Below are positions 12,798 to 24,504 of a stretch of DNA of 64,000 nucleotides, piece after piece. The stretch spans positions 11,346,001 to 11,410,000 of the forward strand of contig NC_090325.1 in assembly GCF_035084215.1 (NCBI RefSeq), given 5' to 3'. The translations under genes were made by a program, and so were the position numbers. The notes beneath the pieces are model-generated. The model searched no databases, was not told the DNA's origin, and saw only the letters and a list, made by a program, of their open reading frames with translations. Source of the DNA: Heptranchias perlo. Taxonomy: Eukaryota. Every line of letters starts with the position of its first letter. Within the stretch, counting starts at the first letter, position 1.

Positions 12798-13565
12798 GTC
12801 CTGACAAGGCAGCCCTGAAAACCACCTGAGGCCTGACCTAAGAGGCCGAAAATACTCTCGCGTCCCTCTGAACCATGGACCCGGTTTGAACTTTAATGTG
12901 CGCCGAGGGGCGGGGAGGGAGGGGAAAATGACGCCGCACCGCCGGCCAGACCGCCTGCCCTGGGACAGCCATCAGTCCGACGTCCGGACGCACCGCCCGG
13001 GCAACTGCGCGAGCCGAGCCTGCCACCGCGCTGGTCCCCTCCGGAGGGCCGAGTCGATCCGTTTTCCTCGAGGGCAAGAGGCAGCATGCAGCGTGGAGGG
13101 TAGAAAGGACCGGGCGGGGCGCGACTTAACTCTTCACTTGCTTGCCTCCGCGTGGCGGAACACGAGCGCCCCCGTCGGAGGAGCCAGCTGTTAGTCTGAC
13201 AGGGCTATTGAGAAGAGGCCCCGAAGGAACGCAGTGCCTGATCAGGGGATGTCTCTTTCAGCGAGGCTCCAGCTGGATAAAGCTAATAGCTTCGGGGTTT
13301 CTGGACCCAAAGTCAATTATTCCCTCATCAGGGACTTCTGATGATTTCTCTACTATTCCTGAGCATCCCATAACTCTTCAGACTGAGGGTCTTTTTTTTT
13401 TTTGCGTCGCGCTGCAGAGAATGCACGGCACGTTTCGACCAGTGGCGGATGCGGCTCGGGGACCACCTGCTCATTCTCAGCCAATTGCAAAGCGAGGGCG
13501 CAGCGGCTCTCTGGGAAAGCGGTGAAGACGTCCATTTCTTTACAAACTGTTGTTGCCGGGAGATA
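12798..13565 (+). other. INSYN2B: Putative 5' UTR portion of the large INSYN2 exon
   Basis: Pyrimidine-rich acceptor TGTCTCCCTTCATCTCCACCTGTTTAG|G at 12797/12798, preceded by a branch-point-like TACTAAT. Followed by unique, repeat-free, CpG-rich sequence up to the ATG. Confidence 0.6.
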
Positions 13566-14310
13566 ATGGTCAGTAAAGAAACAAATCATTCACTGGCTTC
13601 ACGCGTTCACGTAAACTCAGACCGCGCGATGACCGTCAGATCCGTCCTACTGAAGCGGGACACGGCCAGCGCGTCGGAGGCCGAGAGGAGGCAACACCGG
13701 AGGCGTCACAAGGCCCAGCAGGTACGCTTCAAGGACCTGGCAGATGGTCCGGAGGGCGAGGGCGGGATAAAGACCCCCGAGGCACCTGCTGAGGGGCCGG
13801 AGGGAAACACTCAGTCCGCCTCGGCTGGGAGCTCCCAGGGCACGGCGAGAAACTGGTACCAGGCAAGGCCTTGCTCCTTGACGCTCCCCAATCCTCGGAA
13901 GGTTTGCATGAGCACCGCCATTCAAACCTCCCCAAGCCTTCAGAAGCAGTTCCCGGCGTTCCGGTTCAGGAGCAAGAGTGTCGGCGATGTTGGCGCGGCG
14001 GATGAGCGGGACGACGTTACGTTTTCCGATCCTTCCCCAAAGGCCGCCGGAGGAGGGGGAGAGCCGGCGGCGGCTGGGGCCCGCGAGGAGGAGGAGGAGG
14101 AGGAGGAGGGAGCCGCGGCTCTCAACGGGAGGACGGCGGAGACGGCCAGGACTCCGCTGAGCGACTGCGCGGAACCCACCCAGGACTCCCAGCGAAAGGA
14201 GTGGACCTCGGAGAAGGCCCACTCTCCAAACCCCAATGGTCCGACCACCGCGTGCCATCGCGTGCAGGACAAGGCTACGCTTTGCGAAGCCACAGCTGAC
14301 GGCCTGGCAG
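12840..14310. promoter_or_regulatory. CpG-rich (island-like) segment over the 5' half of the large exon
   Basis: GC and CpG density are visibly higher than in the flanks; not computed. Confidence 0.5.
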
Positions 14311-15064
14311 AGGAGGAACACGAAGCACTGATAACCGGGCAGCACTGTGCAGCCAAGGGTGACGATTCGGACCATTTGAGAAGCCCCTCCATCAAACCCT
14401 GTTCATCAAACTCCAAGGCAAGTCCACACCCATCCAAAGAAACCAATTTGGAGCGATGCTCACAGAAACAGGGCAAGTGCAACAACCTGAAAGCAACAAA
14501 ATGTGATGTGGACAGTAACCATTCAGAGCGTAGAAAGACAGAGCTATCTAACGCCAATCAATCTCTCCTGAAGGAGCAGCTTTGCGTCTATCCCAAGTCC
14601 TGCTTAAAGACCCCATCATCCACACTCAATCCGAAACGGCCTAGTATTTCCCATCGAACCGAACAATTAGAGCTTGGCGCATCAAAACCAGACCAATCAG
14701 AAGCTACCCAAGTAAAAAGTGACCCATTACAGCCACCCTCAAAGACTTCTGTCCAATCAGGAGAACATGCCATCCAAAACAGCCAATCGGGGCCCTCACT
14801 GCATCCTGATGACCGACTGGAAGTGATGCCCAGTGGCAAAAAGCCTGCAGGATGTCCGCGTGTCCCTCAGGACAATCTGAAAGAGCTGCCCAATGCAGCA
14901 GGGAATCGAGAGTTCAAGACAGGGCGTACCACGCAGTACGAAATCACTTCTCTCCAGTCCAGGCTGCAGGCCATGGAGGATGTCCTGCAGACCAGTCAGC
15001 AGACCATTAAGGTTTTACTGGATGTCATTCAAGACCTGGAGAAGAAAGAAGCCGTTAGAGATGG
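13566..15064 (+). CDS. INSYN2B: INSYN2/FAM196-family protein (inhibitory synaptic factor 2, B-like), coding part of the large exon
   Basis: The 539-codon ORF 13449-15068 carries family motifs MTVRSVLLKR..HRRRHKAQQVRFKD, AIQTSPSLQKQFPAF and the coiled coil LQSRLQAMEDVLQTSQQTIKVLLDVIQDLEK. Best-context ATG is 13566 (ATAATGG, MVSKE); alternatives are 13449 and 13629. The ORF runs into the donor GG|GTAGGT at 15064/15065 (phase 2). Family call is strong; A vs B orthology is less certain. Confidence 0.9.
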
Positions 15065-15472
15065 GTAGGTACCTGACGACTTCACTGAATTCCCAGAGTG
15101 AGCTGCCATGAGTATTAAAGGGAGAGGTTGATTATTACTTGCGTTGAGCACGACACTTGATTGCATACTTTTACACTCGGAAGACCTGTAGTAATAAAAT
15201 CCCAAGTGTTCGCAGAATGAAAAGAATTTTTAGCAACACAGAAAGCCCTTTTAATTCAACCCCAGCTCCAGGCCTTCTCACCTCTATTGCTCTCTCAAAT
15301 GGAAGGATAAGATTTCCATTCATATATCATTGCAGCACACCTCTCAGGAATATCCCAAAGCGCTTCATGTGCCATGAATTACTTTGAAGTTCAATTATTG
15401 TCGTTATGTGGGCAAAAGCAGCAGCCATTTTATGCATAGTAATGAGACAGGTGTTCTCTGGTGGTGTAGGTT

Positions 15473-15832
15473 GAAAAGAAAGAACTTGCATTTATATAGT
15501 GCCTTTCATGACCTCAGGACGTCCCACAGTGCTTTACAGCCAATGAAGTACTTTTTTGAAATGTAGTGTAGGAAATGCGGTGGCCCACAAACAACAATGT
15601 GATAATGACCAGATATTCTGTTTTTTAGTGATGTTGGTTGAGGGATAAATATTGGCCAGGACACGGGGGAGAATTCCCCTGCTCTTCTTCAAAATGGGAT
15701 TTTTTACGTCCACCTGAGGGGGCCTCGGTTTAACGTCTCATCTGAAAGACGGCACCTCCAACTGCGCAGCATTCACTCAGTACTGCACTGGAGTGTCCGC
15801 CTGGATTACGTGCTCAAATCTTTGGAGTGGGA
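15473..15832 (-). mobile_element. Deu-domain SINE (SacSINE1-like)
   Basis: Same core and tail as 871-1250. Confidence 0.8.
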
Positions 15833-16714
15833 GTAAACAGGTTAACTAAAATAACAGAGAACGGAATTTCTAATACTGGGTCAAACACTTTTATCCCACA
15901 GGATAATTCCAAGGGTCCAATTTGTAACTTGTATCCTACTTGTATCTGAGACTTTCATCGGAGTGACCAGTTTGCCTGGGTCATACTTGACCAATCCCCT
16001 TCACAAGCTTATAAGCTTTAATTAATCGTCTTGTGGAGAAAATCACCGTAAACCGAGGACACGGGAGCGTCGTGAAAGCGTTCACACTGACTGCTGCTAA
16101 TGCCACGGCAAACAGATTGAAAAAACAACAGAATGAAGCATTCCCAAAGAAAACTGAAACAATTGAATTCCACATGCATGCCAGGCTATCATAGACTGCT
16201 GAACTACACAAACATCTCCCTTGTGACTTTTAGAATCATACGGCACAGAAGGAGGCCATTCGGCCCATCGTGCCTGTGCCGGTTCTTTGAAAGAGCTATC
16301 CAATTAGTCCCACTCCCCTGCTCTTTTCCCCGTGGCTCTGCCAAAGCCTTATCACTGCCAGGTGAAGCCCATGAGGACTTCACTTGCTTTGTTCCCTCCC
16401 CAGTTTTTCTCTCGCCGCTTCTCCTGAAGGTCCAACTTTTGCTGGGGGGGTGGTCCCATTTCCTGCTACTGGAAAGCGTAAGAAAGTAAGGAGCAGCAAA
16501 AGGCCATTTGGCCTATCAAGTCCACACCATTCTATCATGGGCTTCCCTTTAGCCATATCCAGTTGACCCCTTAGCCAGGGTACAAATAGCACCAAACAAG
16601 CTCGATGCTTCAGCCCTTTCATGATCTGTGGTTCTAAAATCTAGTTTCAATTCATGTCAGTTCATTTCTCGCAGAATTAGGCTCTATTGAACCATGCTAC
16701 ATTTGGACCATTGA

Positions 16715-17275
16715 TAGAATCATAGAATCTTCAGCACAGTAGGTGATTATTCAGCCCATCACGCCTTTGAAAGAACTATCCAGTTAGTCCCATTCCCCTG
16801 CTCTTTCCCCACAGCCTTGCAAATTGTTCCTTTTCAAGTATTTATCCAATTCCCTTTTGAAAGTTACTATTGAATCTGCTTCCACCACCCTTTCAGGCAG
16901 TGCATTCCAGATCATCACAACTCGCTGCGTAAAAAAATTCTCCTCATCTCCCGCCTGGTTCTTTTGCCAATGACCTTAAATCTGTGTCCTCTGCTTACCG
17001 AACCCCATACCAGTGGATACAGTTACTTCTTCAAAACCCCTCATAATTTTGAACACCTCTATTAAATCTCCCCTTAACCTTCTCTGCTCTAAGGAGAACA
17101 ATCCCAGCTTTTCTAGTCCCTCCACATAACTGAAGTCCCTCATTCCAGTGAATCTCCTTTGCACCCTCTCCAAGGCCTTGACATCCTTCCTAAAGTGTGG
17201 TGCCCAGAATTGGACACATTACTCCCGCTGGGGCCTAACCAGTGTTTTATAATGGTTTAGCTTTTGTAATGCATG
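16715..17275 (-). mobile_element. CR1/HER1 3' fragment
   Basis: Minus-strand ERVQRRFTGMRDFSYVEGLEKLGLFSLEQRRLRGDL; ATAGAATCATAGAAT tail. Confidence 0.9.
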
Positions 17276-17734
17276 CCTCTATCTTAGAAAAGTTTCCAAA
17301 TTAAACTTAACTTGTTGAACATTACGTTGAATTGACTAACATTTTCGTAAATAAAGTTGTCAACACCTGGAAGCAGAATAGAGGAACAAGGTTCCCCTTC
17401 AACAAACCACAATCAAGGCGGTTTGGGCAACTTTAACACCTTTTGAGTACCGCTGCTGGCAAATTACTAAACTTGACAGTTTTGGGATTAACCCTTAGAT
17501 GAACCGCCAGCAGGTCAAGGGAAATTTCTGACTCTATGGTCTGACTGATTTCGTAAATTTTCAACTCAGTGACACTGAGACAAACATTACTACAGTAATA
17601 AATCTACTCAAACTCCAGGAATAGCTTTATTTTACACTAATATTAGCTCTAGGCTTTTAAAATAATCACTGAAAAGATATTAAATTAAAAAATAATATAC
17701 GCTTTTACCTGTGCTTGCCCGTTTGTTTTTCTCT

Positions 17735-18025
17735 CGGGGGCATAGCCTTAAAATTAGAGCTCTGCTGTTCAGGAGTTTTGTCAGGAAGCACATCTTCACA
17801 CAAAGGGTAGTGGAAATCTGGAACTCACTCCCCCCAAAAAGCTGTGGTCAATTGAAAATTTCAAAACAGAGATTGATAGATTTTTGTTAGGCAAGGGTAT
17901 TAAGGGTTACGGAACCAAGGCGGGTAGATGGAATTAAGATACAAATTAGCTGTGATCTAATTGAATGGCAGAACAGGCTCAAGGGGCTGAATGGCCTACT
18001 CCTCTTCCAATATTCCTATGTTCGT
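17735..18025 (+). mobile_element. CR1 3' end (second subfamily)
   Basis: GGGCATAGCCTTAAAATTAGAG...GAATGGCCTACTCCT tail, shared with 28590-29015. Confidence 0.8.
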
Positions 18026-19137
18026 TCCTCTCCTCTTTTTCTGCATTTTGATTTTACTTTAACCTTCATCTAACTAGAAACTCCACCCTATCTACTTTAA
18101 CCTTTATTTTTAATTTTGTTTTCTAAATTCTTTTGCTTTCTATCTCCCTGCTTCTACCATCCAATTTGAAAATGGGAGACCAACTTTGGAAAAATTGTCC
18201 TTTGATTGGCCATAAAAAAAAAACACTTTCTAAGGCCAATTTTCCAGCCAATCAAATAGTAAAGCGCTCAACATTGGCATGGCGACATCACAGAGAAGCC
18301 AATCTCTTGTTGCGTTTCGATTGCATCAAACCGGACGGGGCAGATTGGTGTGTACTCATCAGAGGTGCTGCCCCCCACCCTCACCACTAAAAGAAGGGTG
18401 TGCAAGGGGAAAGAAATACTGGGCAGCAAGGGTTAACCCTCTGACTTTGACCAACTAGTGTGCAATTGTGAAGTGAGTGTATGAACGACTGCCTCGAGAC
18501 TCCAGTAACACAAAGCACTCTCAGACGGATCGCTGATTTTCAAAGGGTTTTTTATTTTTTTTTTTGAAGAGGGCTTATCCAGGCTATGGGTTCAACCATT
18601 ATCCTGATTAATAAATGGAGAATTACTGATGGTTATGAAGTGAGTCATAAAGCTGTAATTTAATCAAGGGCGGTTCAGAGAATGTCACAGAAGCAGGAGA
18701 GTGAAGGTCGAACGGCTTACTGACATCAATGAAACCCTGAAATTACAGCAGTGCGTTCGCTGAATAATTTTAATAGTGGAGCCCGGGTGAAAGGCCAAGA
18801 CCCACTGTGCAGGCCACCAATAGGTTGAGACGAGTTGGAGGGAAGATGAGGTAAATCAAACAGCAATACTTAGCTGATGACCTGCTCGGATTTGTATAGC
18901 ATTCTTTTATAATTGTTTTTTTTTTCCAAATCCTGTTTCGTGAAGAGCAGACTCGGCTATGCTGCTCTCCCTCGTTAACACAGGCTGCAGTCCAGGCATT
19001 GGAGTTGGCCGCAATTACGAGGCTCTGCCCGGCACGGGCATGTTGGGCCGAACGGCCTCCTCCTGTGCTGTACCTACTATGATTTGCATCGTAACAGCGC
19101 TAAAAGGACGTTCCGACCCAGCTCGCCGGATGAGCCG

Positions 19138-19557
19138 TGCCAGCCGTGGCTAGTCATGAAGGTTGTGGGTTCAAGTCCCGCTCTAGAGACTTAAGCACAT
19201 AATCCAGGCCCCCAATGGAGTGCTGCATTGTCGGAGGTGCCGTCTTTTGGATGAGGCGTTAAACCGAGGCCCCGTCTGCCCTCTCAGGCGGATGTAAAAG
19301 ATCCTAGGGAACTATTTTGAAGACCAGGGGAGTTCTCCCCGATGTCCTGACCAACATTTATCCCTCAACCAACAAAACTAAAAGCAGATTATCTGGTCAT
19401 TTTCATACTGCTCTTTGTGGGACCTTGCTGTGCACGAGTTGGCTGCTGCCTTCCTACATTACAACTGCACACTTCAAAAAAGTGCTTCATTGGCTGCAGA
19501 ACGCTTTGGGACTTCGAGGTCGTAAAGGCCCTGTACAAATGCAAGTTCTTTCTTTCT
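19138..19557 (+). mobile_element. Deu-domain SINE (SacSINE1-like)
   Basis: B box GGTTCAAGTCCC, core GTGCTGCATTGTCGGAGGTGCCGTC, tail AAATGCAAGTTCTTTCTTT. Confidence 0.85.
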
Positions 19558-19734
19558 GTCCTTTTGGTTAAGGCTGGCCAATATTGGGCTGCTCCAGCTA
19601 GCAGCAAGGTATGTGCAGAGAGGGTCGCGTTCCCGGAGGGTGGGGGTCCCAGGGCATCCAGCGGCCCAGATTATTTTTGTGGGGAGCCCACAGATATAAT
19701 TTCAAACTTATTCTTTGTTGGGCCTCTTTTCCTC

Positions 19735-20722
19735 TAAAATCATACAATGATACAGCACAGGAGGCCATTCAGCCCATCATGCCTGTGCCGGCTCTTTGAA
19801 AGAGCGATCCAATTAGTCCCACTCCCCTGCTCTTTCCCCATAGCCCTGCAAATTTTTTCCCTTCAAATATTCATCCAATTCCCTTTTGAAAGTTACTATT
19901 GAATCTGCTTCCACCACTCTTTCAGGCAGCGCATTCCAGATCATAACAACTCGCTGGCTAAAAAAATGCTTTCCTCATGTCGCCTATAGTTCTTTTGCTA
20001 ATCACCTTAAATCTCCACCGCCTGTGGAACTGATCAGAGTGCATGGCGCCCACTCCAATCAGTTCCCTCCTAAAATGGCACTCGTGGACCGATGTACGTC
20101 ATTCGCAAATTTAAAGGGGCCCACTGCCTGGTACACGCAGGTGCATCGGCCGCCGAATGGGCTGGTTGCCAGGGTTACCGAACCCATTTTTTTTGGCCCT
20201 TATCGCCCTGTTTCCCAAATCCCCCTGGAGTATGACGACACCGCACTGGCTCCCTGCTTTCACTATATTAAGATCAGCTGGCTTCAATTCGACTGCGCGT
20301 TTCTGAATCCACATCTCCGCATTTTCACACCGTCCTTCCCCTCCCCCCTCACAAACACTGGGGCATTCATGGAACGCAGGCGAAAAAGGGAGACCATTGG
20401 GTGTAATTTGAACTTCTGGCGTCAATATAACACGGGCGATATCGAAGTAGCCGCCCGTTGTACACCACGGCCAATTTTCCTTCCCATTGAAGTGCATAGA
20501 AGGGGAACATCGGGTGGGACCTGTAAAGGGTGACCATTTCGATCTGGAAGCAGGTTCAATAGTGACTTTCAAAAGGGAATTGGAGAAATCCTCGAAGGGG
20601 AAAAAAATTTGCAGGGCTATGGGGAAAGGGCAGGGACAGTGGGACTAATTGGATAGCTCTTTCAAAGAGCCGGCACAGGCATGAAGGGCCGAATGGCTTC
20701 CTTCTGTGCTGTATCTTTCTAT
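19735..20722. mobile_element. Inverted pair of CR1 3' ends (19735-20012 minus; 20545-20722 plus) around a GC-rich repeat-like insert
   Basis: Both ends carry the GCTCTTTCAAAGAGCCGGCACAGGC 3' UTR motif, in opposite orientations. Confidence 0.8.
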
Positions 20723-21399
20723 AATTCTACACAGCATGGCTCAAAATTAAAATGACCCCCATTTATGCCTGGAATCCTAGCTGCACCTTTAGATTGTGGG
20801 AGATGGGGAAGACTAACAGAGGTCCATGGTTCTGAGATCCTATGGAAGAAAGATGCAGGAGTAGGACATCCAATGATTCTTGATTTCAACACAGTGAGGC
20901 CGCAAGGAGCAGGAGGACTGTGCAAGGGTGGGATAATATGGGTGCGATTCTATTGAAATTAAAGAGAACAAGGGGTGACACTGATTGACAACGGGCAACC
21001 TATTGTCATGCTCACTGCGAAATTACATTCCCAGGATTCACGACGGTCTCTGCCCTTCAAATAATTCATTATGGGAAGTACTTTGAGATATAAGGTACTC
21101 TATATTTTATATGTTTTATTGCACTATCCACGTTACATACAGTATGATACATGGCTGAGGGTTACAAAGCACTAACCCAATCGAGGAATTCAGATGTAGT
21201 CAATAATCCAGGAGAACTCAGTGAGACGAGGCATTGATGTTGCGTTGCCGGCCGTAATCCTCCGATAGATATTCAAGGGCGGATTTTATGACGACGTGCT
21301 ACCAGCAGAGAGCGAGTCCCACTGGAGGGGTTTTCTCGGGAAATTGCGGGCATGCTACCCCACAGTAGGCCATTCTGCGCCTCGAGCATGTTCCGTCAT

Positions 21400-21686
21400 T
21401 CAATGGTTTCCTTGCCCATATTTGACCTGATTCCATGAGATTTCATGGGGTCCAGAGTCAATGTTGAGGACTCCCAGGGCCACTCCCTCCTGACTGTATA
21501 TCACTGTACCGCCACCTCTGGTGGGTCTGTCCTGCCGGTGGGACAGGACATACCCAGGGATGGTGATGGAAGAGTCTGGGACGTTGGCTGAAAGGTATGA
21601 TTCTGTGAGTATGGCTATGTCAGGCTGTTGCTTGACCAGTCTGTGGGACAGCTCTCCCAAATTTTGGCACAAGTCCCCAGATGTTA
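21400..21686 (-). mobile_element. AP-endonuclease fragment of a CR1-superfamily (non-HER1) LINE
   Basis: LGELSHRLVKQQPDIAILTESYL..IPGYVLSHRQDRPTRGGGTVIY fits the APE N-terminal motifs. Confidence 0.8.
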
Positions 21687-22059
21687 GTGTGAAAAAGTGC
21701 TTCCTGATTTCACCCCTAAAATGGCCCAGCTCCATCAGTAATGAACAGAAAATTGTAGGCACTGTGACCGTGCACTATGTATGGCTGTTGTGGAAGGCTT
21801 TCTGCCAGTAGTAAGATCGGCCCTATTGTATTACACGATGCTAATCTCCTTTCCTTCAATCATTGCTTGCTCCTCTGAAGGCTGGTTTGGCTCATCCGGT
21901 TTGCCCCTGTCCTCTCTTGAAAGTGTCCACTCCTTCTACAGTATGGTTCCACAGGTGCCAGCCGCCCTCCTGCCCTCCCCTCAGCTATGCGGGATTAATC
22001 GGATAGCTCTTTCAAAGAGCCGGCACTGGCACGATGGGCCGAATGGCCTCATGTGTGAG

Positions 22060-22335
22060 CCTAGACTCTCAGCACGCTATTTGATCAAGGAGGCCTCACA
22101 GACCAAGCCTCGCCCCATATCCACATCACTTTCCAGCAGAAGCCACTGGATAGCTAACAGGACTGGGAATCCTGACTTCTCTTGCCAATCCCTGCCTTCC
22201 ATCTCTGGAGGTGCTGAATCCAGTTCTGGTGCCAGTACAGCACCTCTGACTGATATCAGCCAACTCCTCATGGGCCAAGAATCAAACCAGGAACCTTCCT
22301 GCTCTCTGTGAATCAGTACGACACTGTGCAGTGCC
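22060..22335 (-). mobile_element. Unnamed SINE-like family (related copies at about 11405-12385, 40760-41070, 50630-50860, 61170-61490)
   Basis: Shared, diverged block resembling GTCACTGGATAGTGATCAGGAGC..CCTG..GA.TTT..CC recurs across copies. Confidence 0.5.
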
Positions 22336-22531
22336 CTTAACGAGAAAGCCCTTTGGGGGGGGGGGGGCGGGGGGGGGGGAACCACACTACCGGCCCCAGC
22401 GTTCACACTGCTAAATCTGGGTCCATGATCCCACCAGCAGATCAGTAGGCCCAGTCTTTAGCAGTGCAAACACCAGGAGCTAACCTTTAATCCCCCCTCT
22501 CAGAATCCTAACTAAAATATATAAACACACA

Positions 22532-23235
22532 AGGGGGAGTTTTAACCCTTGCAGGACAGGGGAAGAGGGGAGGGGGATTAAATTCTTAGAAATGGGAAAC
22601 CCGACCCCAATCCATCGCGAGCGTGCCGACTTCTGGTCTAACCAGGGCGGGCGAGTAACCCGCTCTCGAGGCGGGTCGTTAACTATAATATGTTAATCAG
22701 GCTGCGTGCCTCAGATTTTAGCAGCCAGTTGGATTTAACGGCTGGTTTCCCGGGGCTCGGAAAACCCGGCAGTTGAAGGGAGGCGAGAACTGCTGGATCC
22801 AACAGGTGAGTGCTTCTTCAGCACTGCTTGTGGGCCAGGAGGAGGAGGAGGAGGGCTTCCCCTCCACCTGTCCCTCAAGCAAACCTGCCGCGATCGGCCT
22901 CCCTCCCCGCGATCTGCCGACCACCACCCCCACCCAACTGCGATCTCCAGACCCACTCCCCGCAATCTCCAGACCCCCTCCCCGCGATCTCTTCCCTCCT
23001 GCGATCTCTTCACTCCCTCCCTCCTCTCCGGTCCCTGGCTGCGGCCTTGTACCGCGGGCCTTCCCGCCCGACAGGAAGCCTCTCAATCTGCCGGGCAGGA
23101 AATGGGGAAAAGAAATTCAAATGAGGTCCTGCCATTAAATTCGGCAGGACCTCCGCATTTCCCGTATTTCCGGGTCTCCCGGCCACTGACAGTCGCCCTC
23201 ACTCCCTACCCACCTGCCTGTAAATATCAGGGCCA
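22532..23235. mobile_element. Non-autonomous DNA-transposon-like repeat, related to 33932-34618
   Basis: Shares CTTGTGGGCCAGGAG with the 34-kb copy in opposite orientation; GGGGAGTTTTAA and AAATATCAGGGCC ends. Confidence 0.5.
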
Positions 23236-23309
23236 TAGAGTAAAAGGGTAGTCAAAGGCAGGGTGGGGGTCAATAAGGTACCAAAAAGGAAATCTTCTTG
23301 TGGAGGCAG

Positions 23310-23760
23310 AGGACAGGGATGAGGGACTTCAGTGATGTGGAGAGACTAGAGAAGCTGGGGTTGTTCTCCTCAGAGCAGAAAAGTCTGAGGGGAGATTTAA
23401 TGGAGGTGCTCAAAATCATGAGGGGTTTTGATAGAGTAAATAGGGAGAAAATGTTTCCAATGACAGGAGGGTCGGTACCTAGAGGACACAGATTTAAGAT
23501 AATTGGCAAACGAACTGGAGGGGAGGTGAGGAGAATTTTTTTTACGCAGCGAGTTGTTATGATCTGGAATGCACTGCCGGCAAGTTGGTGGAAGCAGATT
23601 CAATAGTAACTTTCAAAAGGCGATTGGATACATACTTGAAAAGGAAAGATTTGCAGGGCTATGGGGAAAGAGCGGGTGAGCGGGACTAATCGGATAGCTC
23701 TTTCAAAGAGCCGGCACTGGCACGATGGGCCGAATGGCCTCCTGCGGTGTACAATTCTAT
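23310..23760 (+). mobile_element. CR1/HER1 3' fragment
   Basis: GMRDFSDVERLEKLGLFS...RGHRFK...FFTQRVVMIWNALP; ATTCTATG tail. Confidence 0.9.
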
Positions 23761-24504
23761 GAAAACAGCAGGGGGACGCAGCATTCGTGGGTCCTGCCAT
23801 CGCTTCTTAGGAGACGACCAATGTGTCAGCATCGAGAACACCCACATAACATAACAGTGCCTACAGACAGGCGCTTGCCTGCACTCCTATTCAGTGATGA
23901 GTCTCTCACATCGCCTCTGAATACAAAGTGGAAATGTTCCCTTCACTATAATTACCATCCCTCACCTTAACAAGCATAAAATCCATCAAAGGAAATTAAA
24001 TGCACTTTGCTTAAATGTACACTTAAACAATGTACTTTTAATGGAATCTATTATTGCCGTCTCTGGCAGCTGTGGGTGTTAGAAAGGCACGAGACATCAT
24101 TAAAGTCCCAGGAGCCCTCTCATATCAGATGAGAATGTTTGTGGCCGGGAACAGAAGAAAACAACCGCATCGCAAATACGAGACTTGGAAATGAATGTTG
24201 AAGGAAACAATCTACCATGGCTGTGGCGTTTTCTTTTGGAACTGTAGGGACAGGAAAGGTGCAAGCCTTGTTTCATCAGGTGTCTCTGATTGTCCCCATC
24301 CCCACTGGACTTTCCATCCTGTGTGGGCTAGCAGATGCCCACTATGGATATTTTAAAGGCAGGTCTCTGATTGACCCCACCAATGCGGGCGGGGTCAGAT
24401 GTCCCTGATAATTGCCAGGATTGTTGCCAGAGAATTTTTGATGCCACAACGTCCACACTCCCATGTGAATTACGGGCAAGCTATCCACATTCCACCTTCG
24501 GAAT

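Noticed and set aside
13449-13565. Upstream in-frame ATG 13449 as the true start
   Set aside because: Weak context (CGGATGC) and no family similarity in the extra 39 residues; kept only as an alternative.
13647-14839. Antisense ORFs of 242, 205 and 83 aa
   Set aside because: Shadows of the GC-rich INSYN2 exon with no recognisable motifs.
19886-20572. Overlapping 215- and 153-aa ORFs both starting MKVTIE
   Set aside because: Both begin in antisense CR1 3' ends flanking a GC-rich repeat; chimeric, not genes.
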